Virus record (IMG/VR): IMGVR_UViG_3300003323_000724
Coordinates: 39,940 to 103,939 of that record
From: a virus
Reading direction: 5' to 3' (one strand)
DNA: 64,000 nt
This document shows positions 36,910-45,275 of the stretch, piece after piece (positions within the stretch are counted from its first letter, which is position 1; each line of letters starts with the position of its first letter). Under the pieces are notes generated by a model that was not told where the DNA came from, ran no database searches, and saw nothing but the letters and a program-made list of their open reading frames with translations. Position numbers and translations under genes: made by a program.

Positions 36910-37223
36910 TTTCCCTTCCCTCCCTTTTTGGCTGTCGGCGATTCCCATTCGTACTCGTAAGTTCCGTACTCTGCTGCGTAGATGCCCAGATCGGTCAGTT
37001 TGTAAACCGTTCGGTGTTCGACCGGCTGTGATCGTAGATCACCCTTGTCGACCGAAACCACTTCGATTAGCCCGTCTTGGACCAGTTTCGAGAACCACGT
37101 CCCGTCCTTGGTCTTTCTGCCCCAATACATTTGCCGCAACTCGGCACCAGTACATTCTTTGTCCCTGACGAGCATCCTTAGCACCCGCCACGTCGCACTG
37201 TCGAGATCCTTGATACGCTTCAC
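36906..37223 (-). CDS. winged-helix DNA-binding-like protein
   Basis: KLVQDGLIEVV...VYKLTDLG. Confidence 0.55.
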   Translation of the reverse strand: MKRIKDLDSATWRVLRMLVRDKECTGAELRQMYWGRKTKDGTWFSKLVQDGLIEVVSVDKGDLRSQPVEHRTVYKLTDLGIYAAEYGTYEYEWESPTAKKGGKGK

Positions 37224-37468
37224 TTCGATTCCTCTTCAGACTGGATGGAAAATGAGTAATTGGGAACACGTTCGCGAAGTAACTTCATGAATTCGTTTTT
37301 GGCCTTTTCGATGTCCCACTCCGAACCGCATGGGGCGCATTGGATGTCGAATTGAATCGTGCCTGATGCCCTTCCGTTTTCAACTTTGTCCACGATCAGA
37401 ACGGAACTGGTCACCTTGGCTAGTGGGATTCCAAAGGACCGATAGACCTGTCGTTTGAGCCAGTTCAT
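37220..37468 (-). CDS. hypothetical protein
   Basis: GGAGGAG RBS after promoter copy 7. Confidence 0.55.
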   Translation of the reverse strand: MNWLKRQVYRSFGIPLAKVTSSVLIVDKVENGRASGTIQFDIQCAPCGSEWDIEKAKNEFMKLLRERVPNYSFSIQSEEESK

Positions 37469-37492
37469 GTTCTCCTCCAGTTCGGGAACACG

Positions 37493-37522
37493 CAACTATG
37501 CACCACGTCGGACCGAATGCAA
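37493..37522 (-). promoter_or_regulatory. phage repeated promoter, copy 7
   Basis: TTGCAT-16 nt(...cgtggtg)-CATAGT-tg. Confidence 0.7.
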
Positions 37523-37696
37523 GGAAACCGATAGATTTTGTTCCGGATTGGCTGTTTTCGGAGTCCTTTGCCCACGAATTGGAGAAAGTCAAAAAATTTT
37601 GTCGGATTTGCCCTAAATTTGTGTTTACTTGTTGCCACGGCATCCTATACGCTAATTCAAACGGGCAGCGATCGACTAGCTATCTTTCGCCACAAA

Positions 37697-37773
37697 CCAA
37701 TGCCACTGAGAGAGACGGGAGCGAATCCCGATCCGGTGTGGTTGGTTTCACACTTCTCCTTCAGTGGCATTGG
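37697..37773 (+). promoter_or_regulatory. structured 5' leader (three-way junction) of protease/scaffold gene
   Basis: 13-bp perfect stem 37697-37709 / 37761-37773 enclosing two hairpins. Confidence 0.5.
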
Positions 37774-37795
37774 CTCCCACCTCAAGGCCACTGAG

Positions 37796-39613
37796 TTGTC
37801 TACCCACTACTTAGCACCCACTCCCGAAACACCTCCCGCCGCTATTACGCCGGATCAGGTGCCCACGGGTGTCGATGCCACGGCGTCATTCGGGCAAAAG
37901 ATAAACGATTCGAGCAAATGGAAAGTAGTTAGTGGGGTTCCTGTATTCAAGGCGCACCAGCGAACTGACCCCAACACACAAAAGCTGATTTCGGTTGACC
38001 TTCCCAAGCTCTATCGAATTGCCGAGAACATGCAGCGGATGGAGCGACAGGGCGGCGTGCCGATTCGGATGACTTTAGGACACACCGAGCCGGGGAAGCC
38101 CGAGACACAGCAGCCCCCGATTGCTGGGTACTACCGAAACGCACGGGTGCAGAAGTTCGGACCCGGCGGCGAACCGGCAATCGTTGTAGATGAGTTTCTC
38201 GACCCCCAGTTCTCGAACGTGCGGAAGAACTACCCGTACCGCAGTTCGGAATACTACGACGACACGGAACAGATTACCGGTGTCGCACTCCTAACCCGCG
38301 ACCCGTTCCTCGATCTTGGCGTAGTCGCCTATCAGAAGGGCGACCAAAGCAACCTGACTTACGAGAACCGGCAGACCACTTCCTTTGTGGCCCACGCGAC
38401 GGAAATCCCCGGTTCCGGCCAAACGAATCCTTCTACCGGGCGCACCCCGGTAATGTACCGCCTCAACCTCGGAGAAGTTCCTATGTACCCGCAGGGTGCG
38501 CCCCAGCCGAACCAATTCGTTCCGCCCCCGCAACAGGTTCCGGTTGCCCCGCAACCGACTCCTTACGCTGCTCCCGTTCAACAGTCCGACCCGCAGCCTG
38601 TGTGGGGCCAAACCGTTCCCGCTCCGACGCCCTACGCTTACCCGCGTCCGGTTTCGTACTGGGACGGCACCCAAGCCTCTGGTGGCAACCCGCCCCGGCC
38701 GGTTCCGCACCAACACCAGAACACGGGTGCGATCTACAGCCAGAACGGTCGCGGTGGGATCGGCCGCTACGCGGACGAACCGCCGATGGGTGGCCCTCCG
38801 AACGCTGGTCCTCCTGGAAGCGAACCGGGGAACAGTGGCCCGACCGCTTCACCGCTGGATCAAGTACGGGAACTGCTGATGCAAGCCGCTCAAGTCCTTG
38901 CGGACTGTGAAGGTGGCGGCATGGGTGGCCCCGGCGGTCCTCCGATGATGGCTTCTCGTACCGGCGGCAATGCTCGCTACGGCCGTACTCCGAGCCGCCC
39001 GCGTCTCTCCCCGGGAGCACGGTACGAAACTCCCCGGACCCCGACGCAGTACACCGGTGCGACAACCATTTCTGGGATGCCCGTGGGTGTCCAGATGGAA
39101 ATGGACAAGCTGAAGCTCGAAAACACCCAGCTCAAGCAGGGGATGAACGTCCTGTTCTACGAACGGGACCAAGCGGACACCCACGCTTGCATCGAGACCG
39201 TTCGCAGCCTTCAGTACCAAGGCTTCCAGGTCGGCGAGTACGAGGTTTCGGAACTCAAGAAGAAGACCCCGGAAGAACGGGCCGCTTACGTTCAGCACAT
39301 CGCGACCCACTACCAACAGATCGGCACCACGCCGCTTCCGCAGCAGTTGGGTGATCCGACCCCGGCTGGGGCGGAACCGGTTCCACCGATGACCAAGGAA
39401 CACATGCAAGCGGCCCTGCGTGCGACTCAGGGAAACAACGACTCGAACGCATTTATTGCGGCCATGACGCACTATCAGCGGAACGGTGTCCCGGCCGGTA
39501 GCCGATTTACCCCTCCGACGGTGCAACCGAGCTATGCGTTCGACCAGAACCCGTTCGAGGGGCAAGCGGTTCCCAACGCCGCTCCCGGGACGAACCCGTA
39601 CTCGATGGATTGA
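37796..39613 (+). CDS. Mu gpI-like prohead protease fused to scaffolding domain
   Basis: VP...LGH...P.AG, YPYRSSEY, ITGVALLTRDPFL; Pro/Gln-rich then coiled-coil C-terminus; start uncertain (TTG 37796 or ATG 37700). Confidence 0.75.
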   Translation: MSTHYLAPTPETPPAAITPDQVPTGVDATASFGQKINDSSKWKVVSGVPVFKAHQRTDPNTQKLISVDLPKLYRIAENMQRMERQGGVPIRMTLGHTEPGKPETQQPPIAGYYRNARVQKFGPGGEPAIVVDEFLDPQFSNVRKNYPYRSSEYYDDTEQITGVALLTRDPFLDLGVVAYQKGDQSNLTYENRQTTSFVAHATEIPGSGQTNPSTGRTPVMYRLNLGEVPMYPQGAPQPNQFVPPPQQVPVAPQPTPYAAPVQQSDPQPVWGQTVPAPTPYAYPRPVSYWDGTQASGGNPPRPVPHQHQNTGAIYSQNGRGGIGRYADEPPMGGPPNAGPPGSEPGNSGPTASPLDQVRELLMQAAQVLADCEGGGMGGPGGPPMMASRTGGNARYGRTPSRPRLSPGARYETPRTPTQYTGATTISGMPVGVQMEMDKLKLENTQLKQGMNVLFYERDQADTHACIETVRSLQYQGFQVGEYEVSELKKKTPEERAAYVQHIATHYQQIGTTPLPQQLGDPTPAGAEPVPPMTKEHMQAALRATQGNNDSNAFIAAMTHYQRNGVPAGSRFTPPTVQPSYAFDQNPFEGQAVPNAAPGTNPYSMD

Positions 39614-39693
39614 TCGCTGAACAATACAGCGATGGACCCCAAGCGTAAGTCCATCATCACGCTTACTGAAATCTCTAACGGAGAAACCATCGT

Positions 39694-40179
39694 ATGATGG
39701 ACTTAGACCTAGACTTCAATCTGCTGCCGTCTGAAATCATCTACGGCGCCCGCGCAATTCAACTGGACCCGGCCAACCAAGGGTACTGCTACCAAGGCAC
39801 CCTCAATGGCCGCTGTGTCGGGGTTTCGATCCAGGGCACCGGGACCGCTCCGGGTGCGATCGGTTCGACTCCTCCGCTCCCGCTGGCCATTCCATCGAGT
39901 AATGCCGCGTACCCCTACGTTCCAGGGGGTATTACGAACATGCAAGTCGCGGTGTACGGTCCGAACCGGAACTGCTTGATCGAAATCGATCCGAGCTTCG
40001 CCGGTCAGATCAAGCCCGGCGACCTGATTCGTTCGAGCAACAGCGGCTACGGCACCTTGGCCAGCCCCACCGGTGCTTACAACCAGTGGATTATCGGCAT
40101 TGCACGCACGTTCGCCAACGGCGGACAGTGCTGCAACATCAAGGTGTCCGTGTTCCCGTGGCTGCCGACCGGATCGTAA
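39694..40179 (+). CDS. capsid decoration/cement protein (DUF2190-like)
   Basis: between scaffold and capsid; IKPGDLIRSSNSGYG...IIGIA. Confidence 0.6.
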   Translation: MMDLDLDFNLLPSEIIYGARAIQLDPANQGYCYQGTLNGRCVGVSIQGTGTAPGAIGSTPPLPLAIPSSNAAYPYVPGGITNMQVAVYGPNRNCLIEIDPSFAGQIKPGDLIRSSNSGYGTLASPTGAYNQWIIGIARTFANGGQCCNIKVSVFPWLPTGS

Positions 40180-40202
40180 GCGAAACAACGGAGTGTGAAC
40201 CG

Positions 40203-40526
40203 GTGCCCGAAGAAGTCCAACCCGATCCCGTTCCGGCCGATCCGAGCACTCTCGATGTCGGCAACTGGGTCCACACGGTGTTCTGGAAGCCGTTCATTAT
40301 GAGCGGCCAGGATCACGGGAACTGGGAAGTAGTGTCCGGAAGGTTGATCTCCGTCGGCAAGGTGAAAGCCTGCTACGAACTGGAGAGCAGTCACCTTCCG
40401 GGCAACTACGGTGGGATCGGGGCTGAAGGCTCTCGAATTCGATTCACGCCGCTCGACAAAGTGTTCACCGACCACGAGGTGGCGGTTAAGTTTGCAGCAA
40501 AACTCCCTCGACCGGGAAAATTGTAA
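40203..40526 (+). CDS. hypothetical head-module protein
   Basis: GGAG RBS before GTG 40203. Confidence 0.45.
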   Translation: MPEEVQPDPVPADPSTLDVGNWVHTVFWKPFIMSGQDHGNWEVVSGRLISVGKVKACYELESSHLPGNYGGIGAEGSRIRFTPLDKVFTDHEVAVKFAAKLPRPGKL

Positions 40527-40543
40527 TACCCTGGAGACCCTAA

Positions 40544-41998
40544 ATGTTACCGACCAACCCGGCGAACGGGGCAGCACAAACCCAAACCGCTCCGACGGTT
40601 CAGCAAATGGGGTTTAACCCCATGCAGTTCACGCCGAATCCTACCCTCGGGGACAAGACTCGGAACCGTGATTGGGCCAAGCGGGAAGCGCAACTCAATT
40701 ACGAGATGGCGCAAGCCCCGCTCCCGCACCAGTACACCACGGCATCGGCCCACCCGATGTTCGGTGGTGGGTCCGGCAGTCCGCTAACCCAGTGGCTTCC
40801 GCAAGGGCAGCCCACGGGCTTCGCGGCGAACAAGGCTCCGGTGCTCTACAGCAACCCGGGTACGGCCCCGATGGTCCGCCCGACGTATGCGTACAACAAC
40901 CGGCTCGTGGGTATCAACCCGAGACAGCCGACGATGTACGTGGGAACGTGGCCGAACCAGCAGTACCCGGCTGGCTCTAACACGTACATTCCGAACTGGG
41001 AAGCCACCGGGATCATCATCAAATTCACCCGGGACGCCTCCAAGTTTCGGATCAACAAGTACCTCAAGTTCCTGACCGTACCGAAGGATCAGGGGTACTA
41101 TCTGACCCTCGACGCGGACAACCCGTACCGGATCATCAACCCCGCTGACTGGGCGTGGGAAGACGGCGCGGACGCTCCCGGCGGTCGTGGCAATAAGCAA
41201 GGGTTCGGGTTCCAGCCGTACAAGACGAGCCGGATGTGCTTCCCGTTCACCCTCGGGCAGAAGTCCGTTACGCAGGCCGAATGGCCGATCGTTGCGGAAC
41301 ACGCGATGATGGCCGCGTGCCAAGCGATGACGCTGCGAACGATCGTGAGCACGGCTCTGTTGACCAACACGGCTAACTGGACCGGTTCGTTCGGTACGAA
41401 CACGTCCGCTCAGTCCGCTCAGTGGACGAACGCGGCGTCCAACACGTCGAACGCGATCCAGACGGACATCAACACGGCGATGATCGCGATCGAACAGGCT
41501 TCGGGCGGTATCGTTACCGACGAGGAAGCCCTGAACATCACCCTGAACCCGGTAACGGCTCGGGGTATCGCGAAGTCCTACGAGTACAAGCAGTACATCC
41601 AAGGGTCTCCGGACGCCCTGGCTGCGATCACGGACCAACGGAACCCGAACCGCAAGTACGGTCTCGCCCCGTACCTCTACGGTCTGGCTCTGGTGGTGGA
41701 AAACGCCATCCAGGTGACCACACCGAAGTCGGACAACGTGGCTTCTCCGCTGGCACAGAGCCGTAGCTACATTTGGGCTAACCAGTACGTGAACATCACC
41801 AGCAAGCCCACCGGGTTGGTTGGTGAGGATCAGCAAACCTTGGACTTCAGCACAGTGGCAATGCGAAGTCTAGAAAACTTAACGACAGAAACTAAGGCAG
41901 ACCCCGATAACCGCCGCGAAACCGGCCGCGTCGTAGATGAATTCTGTACGTGTGTTCAGGCACCTCAGACGGGGTACTTGATTACTGGTGTCACGTAA
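40544..41998 (+). CDS. major capsid protein with ~140-aa N-terminal propeptide
   Basis: size, position, strong codon bias; HK97-like elements (ITLNP.TA, LAPYLYGLALVVE). Confidence 0.8.
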   Translation: MLPTNPANGAAQTQTAPTVQQMGFNPMQFTPNPTLGDKTRNRDWAKREAQLNYEMAQAPLPHQYTTASAHPMFGGGSGSPLTQWLPQGQPTGFAANKAPVLYSNPGTAPMVRPTYAYNNRLVGINPRQPTMYVGTWPNQQYPAGSNTYIPNWEATGIIIKFTRDASKFRINKYLKFLTVPKDQGYYLTLDADNPYRIINPADWAWEDGADAPGGRGNKQGFGFQPYKTSRMCFPFTLGQKSVTQAEWPIVAEHAMMAACQAMTLRTIVSTALLTNTANWTGSFGTNTSAQSAQWTNAASNTSNAIQTDINTAMIAIEQASGGIVTDEEALNITLNPVTARGIAKSYEYKQYIQGSPDALAAITDQRNPNRKYGLAPYLYGLALVVENAIQVTTPKSDNVASPLAQSRSYIWANQYVNITSKPTGLVGEDQQTLDFSTVAMRSLENLTTETKADPDNRRETGRVVDEFCTCVQAPQTGYLITGVT

Positions 41999-42008
41999 AA
42001 GTTAGAAT

Positions 42009-42284
42009 GTGGAATTACTGCTTCCCATTCACCACAACGAAGTACAATGCGAACAGCCAGCCCCGGAAAGGCTGGCTGTTTCACCAAGAGGACAGAGCGT
42101 GGCTGAATCCGCTCCGACCAAGACGTTTCTCTGTGACGCTCCGGACTGTCGATCGTCCGTTACGATTGCGGTTCACCCGACGACGGATGAAGACCAAGCC
42201 CTGAATGTCCGTGGTTGGTGCTGTGTTGAAGTGGACGGGGAGCAGAAACACTACTGTTTGATTCACAAGGATCTTGGGAACTAA
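42009..42284 (+). CDS. small Cys-containing protein
   Basis: CDAPDC...GW...HYC..H; start may be GTG 42099. Confidence 0.45.
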   Translation: MELLLPIHHNEVQCEQPAPERLAVSPRGQSVAESAPTKTFLCDAPDCRSSVTIAVHPTTDEDQALNVRGWCCVEVDGEQKHYCLIHKDLGN

Positions 42285-42286
42285 CC

Positions 42287-42571
42287 GTGCTTGACATCAT
42301 CGCCAAACGTTCCACCGAAACGTCTCCGTCCACCCGAGCCAACCCCGGGATTGAGGTAACGTTTCCCAACGGGGCCAAGCACTTTTTCCCCGGCGGTACG
42401 GAACAGATGGCAATGGCGATCGCGATTTGCAGCTCCCACAAGGACAAGCTGGCCGACAAGGGAACCCAGATCGAGTTCGGGTTCCGGTCGGGCGGGGAGT
42501 TCTTCGGCGAGAAGATTACGAAACCGAAGGTGGAAGACGTGCAGCGGCCCACAACCCCAACGAAGAGGTAA
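42287..42571 (+). CDS. hypothetical protein
   Basis: head-tail region. Confidence 0.5.
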   Translation: MLDIIAKRSTETSPSTRANPGIEVTFPNGAKHFFPGGTEQMAMAIAICSSHKDKLADKGTQIEFGFRSGGEFFGEKITKPKVEDVQRPTTPTKR

Positions 42572-42574
42572 GTT

Positions 42575-43153
42575 GTGGCTCAGACCCCGTGGTCATCATC
42601 CGTGCCCTATTGCAGTGCGCCGATGATGCTCCAGTTCTACGCCAAGCCTCTTGTGGCAGACATGTGCCGTGTTCGCCCCACGGCACCTCCTCCGAGCTAT
42701 TTGGCGTTAATTGACCAGAGCAACCCGGCCGGTGCGAAGCTCTACAAGCACCTGAAGATGGGGGCGGGGGAGATTGAATCGAACGCTCTTGTGGCAAAGA
42801 GGTATTCCCCAGAGGATCTACAGGCACTTACTGGCGTGTCTCAGGTGCTTCTACAGAAGCTCAACGCTGCTCGTGCCATGTGGAGCCTTCAACAAACTCT
42901 GAAACCCATTACTGCGCGCCAAGAGGATGTTCCAGCGGTCAAGGAAAGTGCTGAGTTGATTAGGATGCTAAGGGACGGCGAGACTATCTTCGGGTTCGTC
43001 CAGAGCGCCGAAGCAGGGTTACCGGATGTGGTTCCACCTCGGCCGTGGGAGCTGTATACACCGAATACTCTATTGTACGCTAATAGATTGTTCCCCAATT
43101 TTCAAATAAACGGACCAGTAAACTACCCCGGATATTACGGAGGGAACCAGTGA
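42575..43153 (+). CDS. head-tail adaptor (Mu gp36/DUF1320-like)
   Basis: PYCS, GEIES..LV..RY, LLQKL.A..A...L, L..LRDG. Confidence 0.65.
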   Translation: MAQTPWSSSVPYCSAPMMLQFYAKPLVADMCRVRPTAPPPSYLALIDQSNPAGAKLYKHLKMGAGEIESNALVAKRYSPEDLQALTGVSQVLLQKLNAARAMWSLQQTLKPITARQEDVPAVKESAELIRMLRDGETIFGFVQSAEAGLPDVVPPRPWELYTPNTLLYANRLFPNFQINGPVNYPGYYGGNQ

Positions 43154-43155
43154 AT

Positions 43156-43727
43156 TTAAATGTGCGTCCAGTATCTTCGGTTAATTATTGCTTTAATTGT
43201 TGAAAAATGTACTCCGTATTTTGGTGCTAGTAGCTTGTATCCAGAATCTCCAACACCCGGAACGTACTCGGCTCGGATGGCAAGCACTTGAGCTTCCGTT
43301 AATTTGGATCTGGATGCTTTCTCTCCTCTTGGGAAAGTACGTGAATCGCTTTGTCGTTCATGTTTTCTGTGTGGGTTCCCCAAACTAAGTTGGTGACTCG
43401 ATTGTTGGTTGGATCACCGTTTGGGAAGTGCCGGCACTGCATACCTTCGGGGCATGGACTGACAAAGCTCTTGAGAACCAGATGATGAACGGAATTCCAA
43501 CATCGTCCGGGCATTAAAAGGACGCGAAGGTGCCCACTGGGACCAATGTCGTATTTAAGCTCTCGCCAAACGGTCCAGAAGCCATACCCGCCAGTTTTCT
43601 TACAGGTGTAAACCTTGCCGTCATCGCCTACGGCGTAACCGGGGAACCCCAGGAAGTCGAGTTTACGGTAACAGACATCAGAGACGGGATCGTAATCGAA
43701 TTGATGACTATGTGGGAACAGCAACAT
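43156..43727 (-). pseudogene. frameshifted HNH homing endonuclease (NUMOD4/HNH_3 type)
   Basis: GFPGYAVGDDGKV, VHHLVL..F, CRHFPNGDPTNNRVTNL.W.T..EN in one frame; RGEK...SKLTE..V..IR...KYGV..STI..I..R.YW.H in another; one base missing near 43340. Confidence 0.75.
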
Positions 43728-43870
43728 GAAGCACCTACCAAGTGCGTACCTCAAGAAAAAGAAAATGCGGAAGGCTGGGAGGTAAATCCAGCCGTTTCGG
43801 AGCAACCCTATCCGCACGATTCAGTACAATGGGACCAAACCGAACAGCAGTCAAGCCGGGAGCAGTCGAA

Positions 43871-44170
43871 GTGAAAATCCGCATCAAGTACCGCCACCGC
43901 CCCGAATTCCCCGGTTTCGTCATCAATCCGTCAGAGGAAGCTGTTGCTCGTGGCCCCAAGTACGTTAAACGGGAACTGCTAGAGCAACTCGAAACGCACC
44001 TTCGGTTCTACACTCAGGAAACCGAAGGAGCTGAGAACGGGAACACCAAGAACACCACCGTCCGAAAGTTGACCAATGCCGACCGCGAAATCAACTTCGT
44101 TGAGGACGACGGGGAAACTGTAATCGAGCCGATCCACTTGACGCCCCGCAAGGTCTCCGTCAAGAACTAA
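43871..44170 (+). CDS. hypothetical protein
   Basis: GGGAG RBS before GTG 43871. Confidence 0.45.
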   Translation: MKIRIKYRHRPEFPGFVINPSEEAVARGPKYVKRELLEQLETHLRFYTQETEGAENGNTKNTTVRKLTNADREINFVEDDGETVIEPIHLTPRKVSVKN

Positions 44171-44185
44171 CACTCTAACAGGAGT

Positions 44186-44722
44186 TTGCTCTTGGCAATC
44201 GACGGTTATACAATAAATGGACCGGCATTAGTCAATGTCGGTACGGGATCTGCTGGAGCGTTAGAGCTTCTTGGGTATACCGATCACGGCGTTCGTATCC
44301 GGATCATCGAAAACTACAGCGACATCATTACGGACATTATGGGTCCGATGACGCCTCAAGACGTGCAAAATATGTCGTTTGTGGCGAACATCAGTTGTCC
44401 GCTGATCGCGATGGATCGCACAGTAATGGCTAAACTCCAAGGTCGTGGTGACCGAACTACGGCCGGTCTTAGTAGTTCCCCCGGTCTTGTAATGGGAGCT
44501 ACTGGCTGGGCCTTTCGCGTGGGGATCGCGTCCTCTGCCCTTCAAGGTGTAGCGGCCGATAGTCCTTGGTCCTTCTCTAAGTGCATTACACGTCCCGGGT
44601 TTGATACCCAACTTGCGACTCGGGCTAATCCATTCAATATCGAGTTCTTCGCATGGCCGTACAGTCTTTTTACTAATACTTCAGGAAAAGATGTTCCGTT
44701 GTGGACCCGGACCCTCGCGTAA
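44186..44722 (+). CDS. putative tail tube (major tail) protein
   Basis: LGYTDHGV motif, AGGAG RBS, position upstream of chaperone and tape measure. Confidence 0.65.
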   Translation: MLLAIDGYTINGPALVNVGTGSAGALELLGYTDHGVRIRIIENYSDIITDIMGPMTPQDVQNMSFVANISCPLIAMDRTVMAKLQGRGDRTTAGLSSSPGLVMGATGWAFRVGIASSALQGVAADSPWSFSKCITRPGFDTQLATRANPFNIEFFAWPYSLFTNTSGKDVPLWTRTLA

Positions 44723-44731
44723 CGGAGCTTT

Positions 44732-45211
44732 ATGTTCTTCTTTGGGCGACTGAAACGCTGGTGGTTCGATCGCCAGCGAAACATCTTCCGGTACTGGGAC
44801 GGACGATTGTGGCGGTACGGCGATCCTATTGCAATCGGCACTCGTCTCCAGGACGAGTGCCCTGATTACTTAGACTACTTCAGCACCGTGTTCGATGATC
44901 CCGACAAGCTCCCGGCCGGATCACTCCGGGAGAACTTGAAGACCGAACAAAAGAAGGCCCAGAACGTTCTTATCGATGCGTCCCGTAAAGTGCTCGGAAT
45001 CGAACCGTGGGACGACGTGAACCGCACGGGGTTGATGATCCCCGAAACGCTCCGGGTGTTGGGTCAGTACCTCCACTTCATGAACCAGTTAGCGGAGGAC
45101 TCCCGCCCTTTTGGGAACTCGCCGGGGCCGGTTGCGGACTCCCGGCAGGACTCAACTATCGAACACTTGCCGGATGTTGGTGGCGCAGAGACACAATCAG
45201 TGCCCGCTTGA
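44732..45211 (+). CDS. tail assembly chaperone (G); -1 frameshift product (GT) extends to 45279
   Basis: slippery C CCT TTT at 45106-45112 in frame; -1 frame open to 45279. Confidence 0.7.
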   Translation: MFFFGRLKRWWFDRQRNIFRYWDGRLWRYGDPIAIGTRLQDECPDYLDYFSTVFDDPDKLPAGSLRENLKTEQKKAQNVLIDASRKVLGIEPWDDVNRTGLMIPETLRVLGQYLHFMNQLAEDSRPFGNSPGPVADSRQDSTIEHLPDVGGAETQSVPA

Positions 45212-45275
45212 GAAAATCCTATGCGAAAGTAGCCAACTCCCTTCTCGATTCCATTACCTCTAGCCTGAGTGGTCG

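Noticed and set aside
37538-37795. N-terminal extension of the protease ORF as called in the ORF track
   Set aside because: Overlaps a divergent promoter region and a structured leader; sequence looks non-coding
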